In this document: in pieces, positions 1 to 12,011 of the stretch | How positions within the stretch are numbered: the first letter of the stretch is position 1 | Layout of the letters: the number at the start of each line of letters is the position of its first letter | Assembly (NCBI GenBank): GCA_013265495.1 | Contig: MU057930.1 | Span: 195,599-259,598 of the forward strand | DNA length: 64,000 bases | Direction of reading: 5' to 3' | From: Vicugna vicugna | Lineage: Eukaryota | The notes under the pieces: generated by a model | What the model was told of the DNA's origin: nothing | Database searches by the model: none | Seen by the model: only the letters and a program-made list of their open reading frames with translations | Translations under genes and position numbers: made by a program

Positions 1-270
1 TTTTCATGTTCTTTTTCATTCTAGGTGACTGCAAGATATTGAATGTAGTTCCCTGTGCTGTACAGTAGGACCTTGCTGTTTATGTATTTTATGTATAGTA
101 GTTGGTATCTGCAAATCTCTAACTTCCAGTTTATCCTTTCCCACCCTCTGTCCCCCATTCTGGTAACCATAAGTTTGTTTTCTATGTCTGTAAGTCTGTT
201 TCGGCTTTGTAACTAAGTTTATTGGTGTCATTTCTTTTTTTTAGATTCCACATATGAGTGACATCGTCCA
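1..270 (-). mobile_element. L1 3' end fragment
   Basis: Typical L1 3'UTR text (ccctgtgctgtacagtagg, ggtaaccataagtttgttttc, ttagattccacatatgagtg). Confidence 0.8.
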
Positions 271-339
271 GTGCATTTTATAATATAACTTCACCACGTG
301 TATGGTGACACCTTTGAGATGAAATGAACAGGGGAAATT

Positions 340-1135
340 CTATAATTATATATTATTAATATAGAGAAGTGTGCTCATTGTTCAAGATTCTCGTGGTTCA
401 TAGTACATGTTTTCCCCACCCGTGCTACAGAGGAGCATGGCCACCCACTTCTTAAATAAGGACATTGAATCAGAGAAGAGTTCTACCACTTACAAAGCAA
501 ATTACCCTCTCCTTAAGAAGTGTGGGCAGCAAGGAGCGCCTTCCTGGTGGTGCAGGATGGAGAACACGGGGTAGGTGGACCTTCCTGGAGGAGAAATATG
601 ATAAACACACGGCAGACGAGCCATCACGGTCGACCTCACCTTTGACAAGTCATGTTCATAGTAATCACCCCAATAGGATATGATGAGACACAAAGTGTCC
701 CTCTGTGGTCTTCCTCCCCCAAAATCCACCCCATCCACCCATGAGAAAACGCCCAGACACATCCCAGTAAGAGGGGCGTCCTACAAAATCCCTGCCCGGA
801 GCCCTCCCAAACTATCCAGGTCTTCCCAAACCAGGCAAGTCTGAGAAACTTGTCCCAGCCCACAGGAGCCCCCGAAAGATGTGAAGATTAAATGTCGTGG
901 GGGATCCTGGATGGGGTCTTGAGGTAGAAAAAGTTCATTTGAGGAAATGTGCGTTAACTACGAACCAGTCAGTAATAACAAATCGATGTTGGTTCATTCA
1001 TGGTGACAAACGTGCCACGCTAATGCAACATGTTAATGAAAGGGGAAACTTTGTAACGCCTACAAGACCTCATTGGACTCTCTTTGCAAATTTTCCGTCA
1101 ATCTGGAAGTATTCTAAAACAAACAAACAAAAAAG
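340..1135 (+). mobile_element. Old L1MC-type 3' UTR
   Basis: Recognisable motifs (ctctgtggtcttcctcccc, gtctgagaaac, ggatcctggatggggtc). Confidence 0.6.
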
Positions 1136-1199
1136 CTAGTTTATATACATAGTAAAAAAAAAATAAATCAGTCAAAGTGCAGGTCTATTAAAGAATCAG

Positions 1200-1390
1200 C
1201 ATTACAGTGCAGGGAATTGCCATCAATATCTTGTGCAACATAGAGAAATGACATGAGGAAAAAGGAAATGGAAAAGAATGTATGTGTGTCTGTGTGTGTG
1301 TCTGTGTGTGTGTGAAAGAATCACTTTGCTGTATGCTGGAAGCCAACACAACACTGTAAGTCAACTCGACTTCAATTAAAAAAATAAAAG
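1200..1390 (+). mobile_element. L1 3' terminus with (TG)n
   Basis: tcactttgctgta...aacacaacactgtaagtcaac...ttcaattaaaaaaa. Confidence 0.7.
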
Positions 1391-3542
1391 ATTCAGCACC
1401 GTAATTCAAGTTCCTCTGGATGACGCAGAGACGAAACACACCTTACAGCATCTTCTTGCCTCCTGCTCCCTCCATGCTCGGGAATCTGTAAGATCAGAGC
1501 AGCGGTCAGCCCTCCTGGGTGTCCCCCGTGGGCCGACGGTCCTCCCACGTGACTGATTCACCCACCAGGGGATGACTTCGTCCAAGGAGACCCGGACGCC
1601 GACGTGATAGACCCACTCTTCTTTTATGCAACTTAAGAAAGCACCGGGTTGATTTTGTCTTCAGAACCCCCGACGCCTTCGGCTTCCTGCAACCTGGCCC
1701 CTCGCACGGGGCAGATGGATTCCTGTGAAGCAAGCTGGTATTATTTCCCGCAGAACACCCAGGGTTCAAAATATCACCTCCTTCCAATACCCTTCTGCAA
1801 AAAAACGCATGCAGTGAGACTAACAGCGATGCAATATCTCAGCCAAGCGTGCACAGAGAATCTGCATATGGTCCGTCCTTGGGGGACCTCGGTTTTGTCC
1901 CCCCGTCCCCAAAACGGGAGGTAACAATACTGCCTGACCGTGGGGTTGGAAGGATCCCATCAGAGGATGGCTTAAAATATTTGACGTAACGTCTGCACGC
2001 AGTCAGGGCTCAAGAGATAGTAAATGCGATTTTTTAAAACCTGGGATGCATGTCAATGGTTGGCTTTAAACATCCAGCTGCTCCTGCATTTCCTCCATAA
2101 GGAAATGTTGCCTCCAGCAGGTTAACAGGCCTCCTGTACACACGTGTGAGTGACTCATCGATTACAGGGGATTTTTGCCGGGGGACTGATCTTGCTTTCT
2201 GGTTGTGCTCAGAAGGAGTGGGTTGGCATTGGCTCTGGGGCAAGAGGAAGGGGCGTCTGTTTGAGAAGGAGGGTGTAGCGGGGAAGAGGTGATGGACACA
2301 CGGGTCGGAGGAACCTCGTAGTAATGGACTGTTCACAGGGGTGTCGCGGGGGCTGGAGGAAGCCCCTGGGCGGACTGGTGACCAGGCGAGCCCACCAGAC
2401 CCAGAAAAGACAGCTAAGTGGGAGAGGTCACCAGACAGGAGCCGGGGTCTTGGGTAGGAGGAGAAAGCCCGCGTGTGCTGACAGCATCAGTGGGGAGGCA
2501 CGCAGTGCTCCCCACAAGCTTGGCTGAACCCCAACGGCAGCCAGGAGGCAAGGGAAGACTAGGATGTGGTCCATGCGGGCCAGTCCCCTCCCCTCCAACC
2601 CCGATGGGCTGAGCAGGGCGGAGAAACACAGCGAGTGGGTCTGGGGGAGCAGACGGGGGAACACGTGTTGGAGAAAGGTGACCGTGCACACCGAGGGAAG
2701 GGATTGGTCATGCTCTCGTGTCGTTTAAGCACTTGAAGATGGAAGAAACGAGGGAAGGAGGGAAGGAAGGAAAGGAGGGTGATTTAATAAGAGCCAGGGA
2801 AAGGTATGGATTTAGTCATCCAACAGCATCCCTTTCTAATTAAATTCGACAAAAGCTTTAAGACGGTTCATCTCCATTTATCTCGAAGGGCAGACGGAGA
2901 ACCAGTCACCGGCACATCTGCTTTTCCCCCGTCGTGAGCCTCAGGTTCAGTCGCATGTGCGCTGGTTCCCAGGGGTGCACAGCGAAGTTGACCAGCTCTC
3001 TGGGGGCACGGCCACCGTGGGGAGGGGGAGGTTTCCAGTCGGGTGCCCCGTCTGGCATCCCAGAGAACCAGTGACTCACCCTCCAGCCCGTGACAGAAAC
3101 CAAGTAGTCCAAACCAAACTATGTTTTCTTGACTTACTTCACACAAGTGTAGGAAGGTTCAGCAAATACCCCGGTCCATAAACATTGCTTTTTTTTTTTA
3201 CGTATATACTTAAGCCGGCTTCTTTCCTAAAACATATCTAATGATTGTTAAGCAATTGAGAAGATGTGTTGGCAGCCAACACGGTTTCCACTTCTCAGAT
3301 TACCCTGAGATCCACGGGGACAGGGTAGGGAGAGTGCCTCTGGGTGACATCAGAGGCCCCTGGAGAGGATTAATGGATTAATCATTTGTCTGTGTCCCAC
3401 AGGACAGAGACGTAACGCCACTCACAGCTATTTAAAATAATGACAATAAAGTGCAGTGGGCAGATTGTCAAAGGCATTTGGAGGAGCGTGATGCTTGAAA
3501 TCCCAGGATATGTGGCACTGAGGATCACTGCCCTTTTAAATT

Positions 3543-3770
3543 CATCCACCCACCCATCCATCCACCCACCCATCCATCCACCCATCCACCCACCCACACA
3601 TCCACCCACCCATACATCCACCCACCCATCCATCAACCCATCCACCCATCCATCCATCCACCCATCCATTCATCCACCCATCCATCCATCCATCCATCCA
3701 CCCACCCATCCATCCATCCACCCATCCACCCACCCATCCATCAACCCATCCACCCATCCACCCATCCATT

Positions 3771-3805
<35 letters not shown>

Positions 3806-3811
3806 CCATCC
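3543..3811. repeat. (CCAT/CCAC)n tetranucleotide array
   Basis: Directly visible. Confidence 0.95.
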
Positions 3812-4060
3812 AGGCTGTCTCAGTGCCAGAAGGACCAAGAATTTCGCTGCCCGCCCCCCCCAGGATCCCCGTGAGCAGAGGAAAGCACATTTGTTCTAGA
3901 TGCCACGGACTTCAGTCGACTCAAACAATGTCATCGTTTTTAGAAAGATTAGCTGGCATCTGTTCTCAAAGCATTTGTCCAAATACATTTTTAGAAAGCA
4001 AGCGTTTGTCCTCTTTGGATGATTACATTAAGAAGAGAAAAAAAAAAAACCACTTGGGGT

Positions 4061-4215
4061 GGGGGAGGGTAGAGCGCAGTGGTAGAGTGTGTGCTTAGCA
4101 GGCACAAGGTCCTGGGCTCAATCCCCAGTCCCTCCATTAAAATAAATAAACAAACCTAATTACCTCCCCCACCGAAAAAAACAAACAAACAAAAAAACCA
4201 ACAAAAAAGAAAAAC
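4061..4215 (+). mobile_element. tRNA-Ala-derived SINE (camelid vic-1 type)
   Basis: A/B-box head (gcgcagtggtagag...gtcctgggctcaatcccc), acctaattacctcccc body, A-rich tail. Confidence 0.8.
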
Positions 4216-4307
4216 AACTTGAGAACAGATAGGAAGGGTGGTTACGCAATAGTGTAAAAGTAATTCATCGCATGGAATTGCACACTTAAAAATGGTTAAA
4301 ATTGGGT

Positions 4308-4437
4308 GGGGGAAGGGTGTAGCTCAGTGGTGGAGCGTGTGCTTAGTGTGCACGAGGTCCTGGGTTCAATCCCCAGTCCCTCCATTAAAGATAAATAAAT
4401 AAAAACGTAATTACATTGTCTTCAAAAATTAAAAAAA
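4308..4437 (+). mobile_element. tRNA-Ala-derived SINE (vic-1 type)
   Basis: gtagctcagtggtggagcg...ggttcaatcccc plus A-rich tail. Confidence 0.8.
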
Positions 4438-4663
4438 GATTAGAATGGTAAATGTCATTATTCATATTGGTGTATATATTTATAATATTTATATATGTTA
4501 TCACAGTAAAATCTGTTGTTTGTCCATAGACGTTATTATTATGCAGTTCCTAAATTTTCTTTTTTATTGACTGGATATCATTCTTTTTATTGAGTTGAGT
4601 TACAGAGTTGATTCGCAATATTATGTTAGTTTCAGGTGTACACACAATAAAAGTTTAAAAGTG

Positions 4664-5082
4664 TATGTCATTCCAAGTGAAGTCAGCCAGAAAGAGAAAA
4701 AAAAATACCATATGATGTCACTTATATGTGGAATCGAAAAAAAAAAAAAGAAGACAAATGAACTTAAATATAAAACAGAAAGAGGCTCGCAGACATAGAA
4801 AACAAACTTGTGGTTGCCAGAAGGGAGGGGCGTGCGAAGGGACAGACTGGGAGTTTGAGATTTGCAGATACTGACAGGTATATATAGAATAGATAAACAA
4901 GTTCAGACTGTACAGCACAGTGAAATATATTCAAGGTCTTGTAGTAGCTCACAGAGAAAAAGAATGTGAAAATGAATATATGCATGTTCATGTATGACTG
5001 AAGCACTGTGCTGTGCACCAGAAATTGACACAGCATTGTAAACCAACTATAACTCAATCAAATTTTTAAAATAAAAATAAAA
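4664..5082 (+). mobile_element. L1 3' end
   Basis: End of ORF2 (aagtgaagtcagccagaaagag), 3'UTR, A tail. Confidence 0.85.
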
Positions 5083-5085
5083 TGT

Positions 5086-5089
<4 letters not shown>

Positions 5090-5135
<46 letters not shown>

Positions 5136-5165
5136 GAAGTATAAGGCACCAGCCCCCCCGCCCCG

Positions 5166-5209
<44 letters not shown>

Positions 5210-5217
5210 ACACACAC
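5090..5217. repeat. (TA)n and (CA)n microsatellites
   Basis: Directly visible. Confidence 0.9.
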
Positions 5218-5756
5218 TTAAGGAGCAAACAATTGTGTCTGTATGTTCTGAATTACAGGTTTGTTTTCCCTCAGATGTCCTCATGCGAGTCAAGAGCGCC
5301 GTCACCTTTTCTGGAAGCATCGCACCGTCAAAGGGCTGCGGTTCCCAACGTGGCCACGAGAAGAGGAACCCACACCTCAGTTCCCAGCGTGGTGTCAGGT
5401 ATCAGGCTGGAGGCTGAGCTGTTTTTCCTGAGGCAGCGAAGTCACAGAAGGATTTTCATTTGTTGACGTGTTTATATATAGCTTCTGTCCTACTTTCTTC
5501 CGAAACGGCCGAGGCATTGATAGCCGAAAATAACACCTGGGCCATTTAAAATAAAAAAAAAAAAAGTGCTTCCCGAGTGTGCAATGCCTCTGCAGCCGGA
5601 GGATTTGCAGGTTCCGTGGACGGAGTGGGGGAGCACGTCCCAGACGATGTAGGTTATTTGGTCTCTTTTTATATCCTATCTGACACCCACGCCTGGTCCA
5701 CTTTCCAGGGCTTATTTTCCAAGGCAATGGCTTTCCTTTCCAAAAGTTCCTCTAGA

Positions 5757-6559
5757 CAGCACTGTTTACAACAGGCAAGACATGGACGCAACCTAAATGT
5801 CCATGGACAGACGACTGGATAAAGAAGATGTGGTGTATTTACACCATGGAATACTACTCAGCCATAAAAAAGAATGAAATAATGCCATTTGCAACCACAT
5901 GGGTGGACCAGGAGATCATCATTCTAAGTGAAGTAAGCCAGACAGAGAAAGAAAAATACCATATGATAGCACTTATATGTGGAAGCTAAAAAAAAAGGAC
6001 ACAAATGAACTTATTGACAAAACAGAGGCAGACTGACAGACATAGAAAACAAACTTACGGTGTCCAAAGGGGAAAGCAGGGGACGGGAACATTGGGAGTT
6101 TGGGATTTGCAGGTATACATGGCTATATATAAAATAAATAAGCAACAGGGACCTGCTGTATGAGACAGGGAACTGTATTCAAATTCTTATAATAATCTGT
6201 GATGGGAAAGAATTTGAAAAAGAATATATGCATATATATAAATACATAAGAATATATATATAAAACTGAGTCACTTTGCTGTCCACTTGAAACTAACACA
6301 ACATTATAAATCAACTCTACTTCGATTAAAAATAAATTTTAATTTAAAAAAAAAAAACAGAAGCAGACTCACAGACATAGATAACAAATTTTTAGTTACC
6401 CAAGGATGGGGAGGGATAAATTAGGAGTTTGCAATTAACAGATACACACTCCTATATAGGACATAGATGAACACAATGATGATTTACCATACAGCACAGG
6501 GACTAATATTGAATATCTTATAATAACCTATAATGAAAAAGAATCTGAAAAAGAGTATA

Positions 6560-6602
<43 letters not shown>

Positions 6603-6665
6603 CACGACACTGTACATTTGAAACTCACACAACATTGTAAATCAACTACACTTCGATTTTAAAAC
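5757..6665 (+). mobile_element. Two consecutive L1 3' ends (~5757-6355, ~6356-6665), the second containing (TG)n
   Basis: ORF2 C-terminal text (atggaatactactcagcc) and two 3'UTR/tail segments. Confidence 0.85.
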
Positions 6666-7014
6666 ATTTCTTCTGGAAAGTCGCACACTCATCTCCCCAG
6701 AGTGAAACCATTTCTGAGCTGAGTGAAGTGGGTCTTTCTCCGAGGGGCAGGCACATCGCCTGTGACTCGGGAAAATTCAACCCGGGTTGGATGGAGAACG
6801 GACCGCCGCGCCGTCCTCTAACGAAAGGGGGAACGGAAGCCACGCCCTTCTACAGGATGAGAGATCGAACGCTCCAAAACTGTGGAACTGACATCTCTTT
6901 CCAAATACTCCCCTAGCTTTGCCATGTTATTTACTAAACAACGCGGGGACACCCCGACTCACCCAGCCCTAGGCTCTTGCCACTTACCGTGTATTTAAAA
7001 CAAGACCCGCCGGA

Positions 7015-7715
7015 CACATAACTGCAGTGAATTTGCTAAACTAAAAAGTCAGAGAGAGGATGGTCTTCCCCAAGACCACCCTTAATTCAGAGATCGGGAA
7101 AGGGTCCTCCCAAGTCCCCCTGAGGCTTGATAATGTTCTAAATTGACTCACAGAAGTTAGGAAGGCATGAGACTGACGATTACAGACTTAGGATAGCAGC
7201 AGAGCCCGAGAGGGGCCGGCCAAGGGCCGAAACCTGCAAGTCTGGGAGCTTCCTGAATATGATGCTTGCCTGTCCTTCGGTTGTGTTGATATAGGACAAT
7301 GCCCACGGAGTGTGCCCAGCAGGGGAGTCGCCCTGGCTTCAGAGTCCAAAGCCTTTAGTAGGTTTTCCTTATGCAGACATGATTGATTGACTGATTGATT
7401 GACTGGCTGCCCTTGTGGTCACTCTCCGCCTCCAGCTTTCTCCGGACCCCAGAGGTCGGGCTACTCTCGTGACTCAAAGCCCCAGCCCTCTAGACAAGGG
7501 TTTGATCTTTGGGGGTGGCCAGCCCCCATCCTGAGTCATCACATTAAGCTACAGTCCCTAGGGGTCCGCGTGACTCACCCCGTCAGCATAAACTCTCAGG
7601 ACTCACCGTGAACGGCCGAGACACTCCTGTCACTTGGGAAGTGATAAAGACGTGACAACGCAGGAGCTGGAAGGAAGGCCTGGCCGCTCTCGGGAAGCCA
7701 AATTCTTAATCACAC
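7015..7715. mobile_element. MER21-like LTR
   Basis: cccaagaccacc, gactcacagaa, atgattgattgactg and catattag-like motifs typical of MER21. Confidence 0.55.
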
Positions 7716-8106
7716 ACTGACAGTAGGGGGAGTCCCATCAGGAATGTCTGGAAGTTGGGGGGATCCTAGAGGCGGGTGGTCAAGACAGAGGCAGGTCCAG
7801 GGTCCCAGCAGGAGGCAGGAAATGCTTCTGGAAGGATCTGGGCTGGGGCTGGACCTTGGATGGCAGGACCAAGACCCACACAAAACCAGGATGGAGGCCA
7901 TCCTGGGGGGACCGAGCTCGCCTCGCAGTGAGAGTGTCCGGAAGCCGGCGAGTCATAACACATTCTCCAGGATGCTCCACCTGGGTCACCTTGATTCTTT
8001 TTTCTGCGACAGTCTTTGACCTTTCCTGATGATCAAAACCATTTTGCATCCTGTGTGCTCCCCCTTGTAAAAGATGTAAAAATGTCCAATGCCTTCATCG
8101 TCAGAT

Positions 8107-8550
8107 ACAGGTCACAGACCTCGGAGATGCTGGGGGTTCGTTTCCAGACCACGCGATAAAGCGCGTATCTCCGTTAAGCGAGGCACGCCGCTGTGTTTTG
8201 TTCCTCGGTGCACGCAAAACCTGTGTTCACACGAGACTGCAGTCCGGTCCGTGTGTGATGGCATTGGGTCTAAAAAGTAGCGTACCTGCCTAAATTAAGA
8301 AATAGTTTCTGCTGGGGAGGGGAGGGTAGAGCTCAGTGGTCAAGTGCATGCATAGCATGTGTAAGCTCCTGTGTTCAATCCCCAGTGCCTCTATTAAAAA
8401 ACAAAAAAGATTTAAATAAATAAAAAAATAGTTTATGGCTTAAAAAATGTGAACCATTCTCTGACCACGCAGGGTAGTCACAGATCTACTGTTAAAAAAA
8501 AAAATGCAACATGTAAAAAAAGCACAGGAAAGCAAAATTTCTCAGTACCT
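8107..8550. mobile_element. Tigger1-derived non-autonomous DNA transposon with a nested SINE
   Basis: acctcggagatgctgggggttcgtttccagaccac matches a Tigger1 terminus; remnant of the other end at ~8465-8550. Confidence 0.65.
8314..8428 (+). mobile_element. tRNA-Ala-derived SINE (vic-1 type)
   Basis: A/B boxes, A tail, approximate TSD aaatagttt. Confidence 0.75.
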
Positions 8551-8959
8551 TGGGGCTGTGGACTTTCATGGGCCTAGGAAAATGTTTTCACCTCTTTTAT
8601 TTATTTGTTTGTTTGTTTTTAAGGTCTTGTAAACTTTCATTTTTTTAATTTTCATTTTTGGTGTTTTTGTTTTCTTCTCATTTTTCAGTTTCATGAGGTA
8701 GAACTGTTACAATTTGACGGCACATGTATAAGATGTTGCATCTAAATACATATATACAATATGCTGCATGTATTTTTTCAGGTTTATATAGATACTGTTC
8801 GTTGTTTCTAAGAACATTTAGAGCTTTGGCTTTTTAAACTTACAGAGTTATCGAAGGGATCAAGCCAACCCCCAAATTAGAGCTAATTCAAGAAGATTCA
8901 TACAGCCCCCACTATTAACACCAAGATTATTTACAATGGCTAAAATACGCAATAAAAAA

Positions 8960-9102
8960 TTTTTTAAATGTTTTTGGTGGGGGGAGGTAATGAGATTTGT
9001 TTCTTTAGTTATTGGTTTTAATGGCGGCACGGGGGATTGAACCCAGGACCTCGTGAATGTTAAGCATGCGCTGTAAGCACTGAGCTATAAGCCACCCCTC
9101 CC
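8960..9102 (-). mobile_element. tRNA-Ala-derived SINE (vic-1 type)
   Basis: ggggattgaacccaggacctcgtg...actgagctata on the reverse strand. Confidence 0.75.
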
Positions 9103-9699
9103 TTTCATTTCTTTTAAAATGAAAAGAAAAAAAATATGAATAGAGCCCAGCCTGGATGCCATTCATCTTTACAACAACACAGTCATAAAATATAATTAAA
9201 AAAATATTTTTAGTGGAGGAGGGTCCTATGAAGGCTGTAACCTACCCTGGGTCCCTGGGTCCAGCCGTCCTGGAATCAGGGGCCACATCTCCTCCACATC
9301 CCATGGATGTGGGTCTTTGCACATTTATCATCTTAACCATCTTTCCAAGGTCACGTTCAAGGGCCTCAGGGCCAGGACTGGATGTGCTCCCTAACGCACG
9401 AGGGAAGGGAGAGCCTGTCTGTCCCCTTGCAAGAGGCAGGGAAGACCGTGTGGGTGTGCTCGGCGGGACCAGCACGGCCGGCACCCAGCGGGCGGCTCCG
9501 GAGAAGCCGCCTGTCCCCAGTGCTCATCTCATCACTGTGAAGGGCAGACCCGGGCTGTTGGGGGGCGGGGTCTGTGGGGTCCCTGCTCGGTGGGTCCGAA
9601 TCGCACCTCGATCTACGCCGTGGGCATCCTTCCCCCGTTCCCTTCCCTGGCTGCTTTGCCGGCCAGGACGCATCACTCAACACCACGGGGGCTCCAGGA

Positions 9700-11266
9700 A
9701 CAGGCATTTATTTCCCGCTGTGGCCAGACTTTGTCCTGACTGTAAAATCTCTGGGTCTTCTGTTGCGGGAACAAATGCAGAATTTGGAAAAGATGTGCTT
9801 GCGAATGAAGAAGACAGTGAAGCTGTCCTTGGAAGGGACGGCTGTCCCTTGACTCATGGACGAAGTACTGTCTTTTCAGAATCAGGAAGCTTCTTGAGAG
9901 AGAATAAAAAATGCCATCGTTGGAGTGTGTGCGTGTGTGTGTGTGATACATTCTCTCCTCTCTCTGTCTTTATTTTTTTTATGTTATATCTGACTTCTCA
10001 TCTCCGTGTTAATGATTTGAGCTTGGTCTCCAGGGCATGTGTGTGAAGGGGCCAATTTCAATTTTTTTCTAATTGAACAGATAAATTATTCATCTGAGCT
10101 GATTTCCTGTTTTTACAGAGACAGATGAAAGCTAATTTATATAACAGCGCTGACTGCCAAATGGGTAGTCTTCCCATGTCCCTGCCTTTCTGCTGAAAAC
10201 GGCAAGTCCAAACTCGTTGTCCACTTTTTTTTTTTTGTGCATTGAAATCTTCTGTTTCCAAAGGATACGTGCACGTTTGAAAAAAATTAACAAATAACGG
10301 TAGACAACTATAAACGTGCCTCTGTCTAACCGGGTCCTCACACTCCTGGCCAACGTGAGCCGTGCGTCTCCAACTCCAGGAGGATTTAGTGCTAAAGGCA
10401 CGAGCCACCCTTTCAGGTAGGGAGGAAACCGTGGGACTTTCCCGTCGGAGGTGGCACAGCCCCAAATGAAATTTTTCGAAAGGTTCTGTGGCTCGTGAAA
10501 TATTTTGACATCCTGAAAACTGCTTCTTGCTGGTGTGTCTCCTTCTGTGAAAGAAAAAGAGGGCAAAACAAGAGAGAGAAAAAGGCTGGCTTAAAACCCA
10601 CCCTTGATTTAGAAACAGAACGTCTTCTGGGAGAATGACTCACTCCTGGCTCTCAGGGGCTGGAGCTGACGCACCACGGCCAACCGGTATTTTGGGGGGT
10701 TTTTTGGTTCTTTTTTGTTAAAGGACGTGGTAGAAACTGCAGCTTTTCGGGGGCTGTCTCCTGGGTTCTGGGTGGGCACCTGGAGAAGTGCAGCCTGGCC
10801 GCCGATGGACGGAAGGCTCCGGGCGTGAGCGGACAGAAGCGGGTACCGAGACACCCGGCGAAGCAGGACTCACCTGCACCCAGGGAGACGGAAGTCCGTG
10901 CGTGAGTTTGGAAGAAGCTGGGCAGGGAGGAGGGAGTTCCCGGAGGGAGAACTGAGGCTTGGGGGATGGAGAGGGTCCCACGCGAGGACCACGGATGCTG
11001 GAGAGGAGAGGCGGTATCGCCCACGCGGCCACCACTCACCTGGAGACTGGAACGTGGAACCACCCTGTTCTGGGAGCTGTTGATACCTCCCACCAAGGGG
11101 CCATAGTCTTCGGGCCTCCGTGGCACCAAACACAGTGACAGGGCGCCCAGGTGAAGTTGGCAGCCCCCCAGGTGTCTGAGATACGGCAGCGTAGGGGGAG
11201 AAGCAGCTCAGGAGGGAGGTGGGTGGACTTGAAACGACGCATGAACCTGCATGGTGTCCCCGTTCT
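9700..11266 (-). pseudogene. 3' exon cluster of MGA-like relic: 11040-11266, 10874-10917, 10644-10779, 10544-?, terminal exon from 9892
   Basis: Three GTGAGT donors, five pyrimidine-tract acceptors, short introns, AATAAA at 9707-9712 followed by a GT-rich stretch. Confidence 0.6.
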
Positions 11267-12011
11267 CTGAAGGGTAAAGGCCGTCACGATACCCAAGACC
11301 CAGATCCCACGGGCCCAGGGGCACCAGCACACACCTGCCTTCCGCCCCATCCGTGGCTCCCAAGCCCGGGCATGCCCTCCGGTCTAGGTTCTGGGTGGGC
11401 ACCTGGAGAAGTGCAGCCTGGCCACTGATGGACGGAAGGCTCCGGGGGTGAGCGGATAGGAGAAGTGGGTACCAAGACACCCGGCGAAGCAGGACTCACC
11501 TGCACCCAGGGAGACGGAAGTCCGTGCGTGAGTTTGGAAGAAGCTGGGCAGGGAGGAGGGAGTTCCCGGAGGGAGAACTGAGGCTTGGGGGATGGAGAGG
11601 GTCCCACGCGAGGACCACGGATGCTGGAGAGGAGAGGCGGTATCGCCCACGCGGCCACCACTCACCTGGAGACTGGAACGTGGAACCACCCTGTTCTGGG
11701 AGCTGTTGATACCTCCCACCAAGGGACCATCGTCTTCGGGCCTCCGTGGCACCAAACACAGTGACAGGGCGCCCAGGTGAAGTTGGCAGCCCCCCAGGTG
11801 TCTGAGATACGGCAGCGTAGGGGGAGAAGCAGCTCAGGAGGGAGGTGGGTGGACTTGAAACGACGCATGAACCTGCATGGTGTCCCCGTTCTCTGAAGGG
11901 TAAAGGCCGTCACGATACCCAAGACCCAGATCCCACGGGCCCAGGGGCACCAGCACACACCTGCCTTCCGCCCCATCCGTGGCTCCCAAGCCCGGGCATG
12001 CCCTCCGGTCT
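10764..12011. repeat. Direct tandem duplication, two copies of ~622-625 bp (10764-11385, 11387-12011)
   Basis: Near-identical sequence at offset 623 then 626; the same translations appear twice in the ORF track. Confidence 0.95.

Noticed and set aside
4061..4437. tRNA-Ala(AGC)-like sequences (also at 8314, 8960, 18681, 28600)
   Set aside because: Mismatched stems, SINE-specific 3' body, A tails and TSDs mark them as SINEs, not tRNA genes
9213..10046. 277-aa plus-strand ORF
   Set aside because: No recognisable domain; starts in a repeat, crosses a (TG)n tract and is antisense to the relic terminal exon; GC-rich chance ORF
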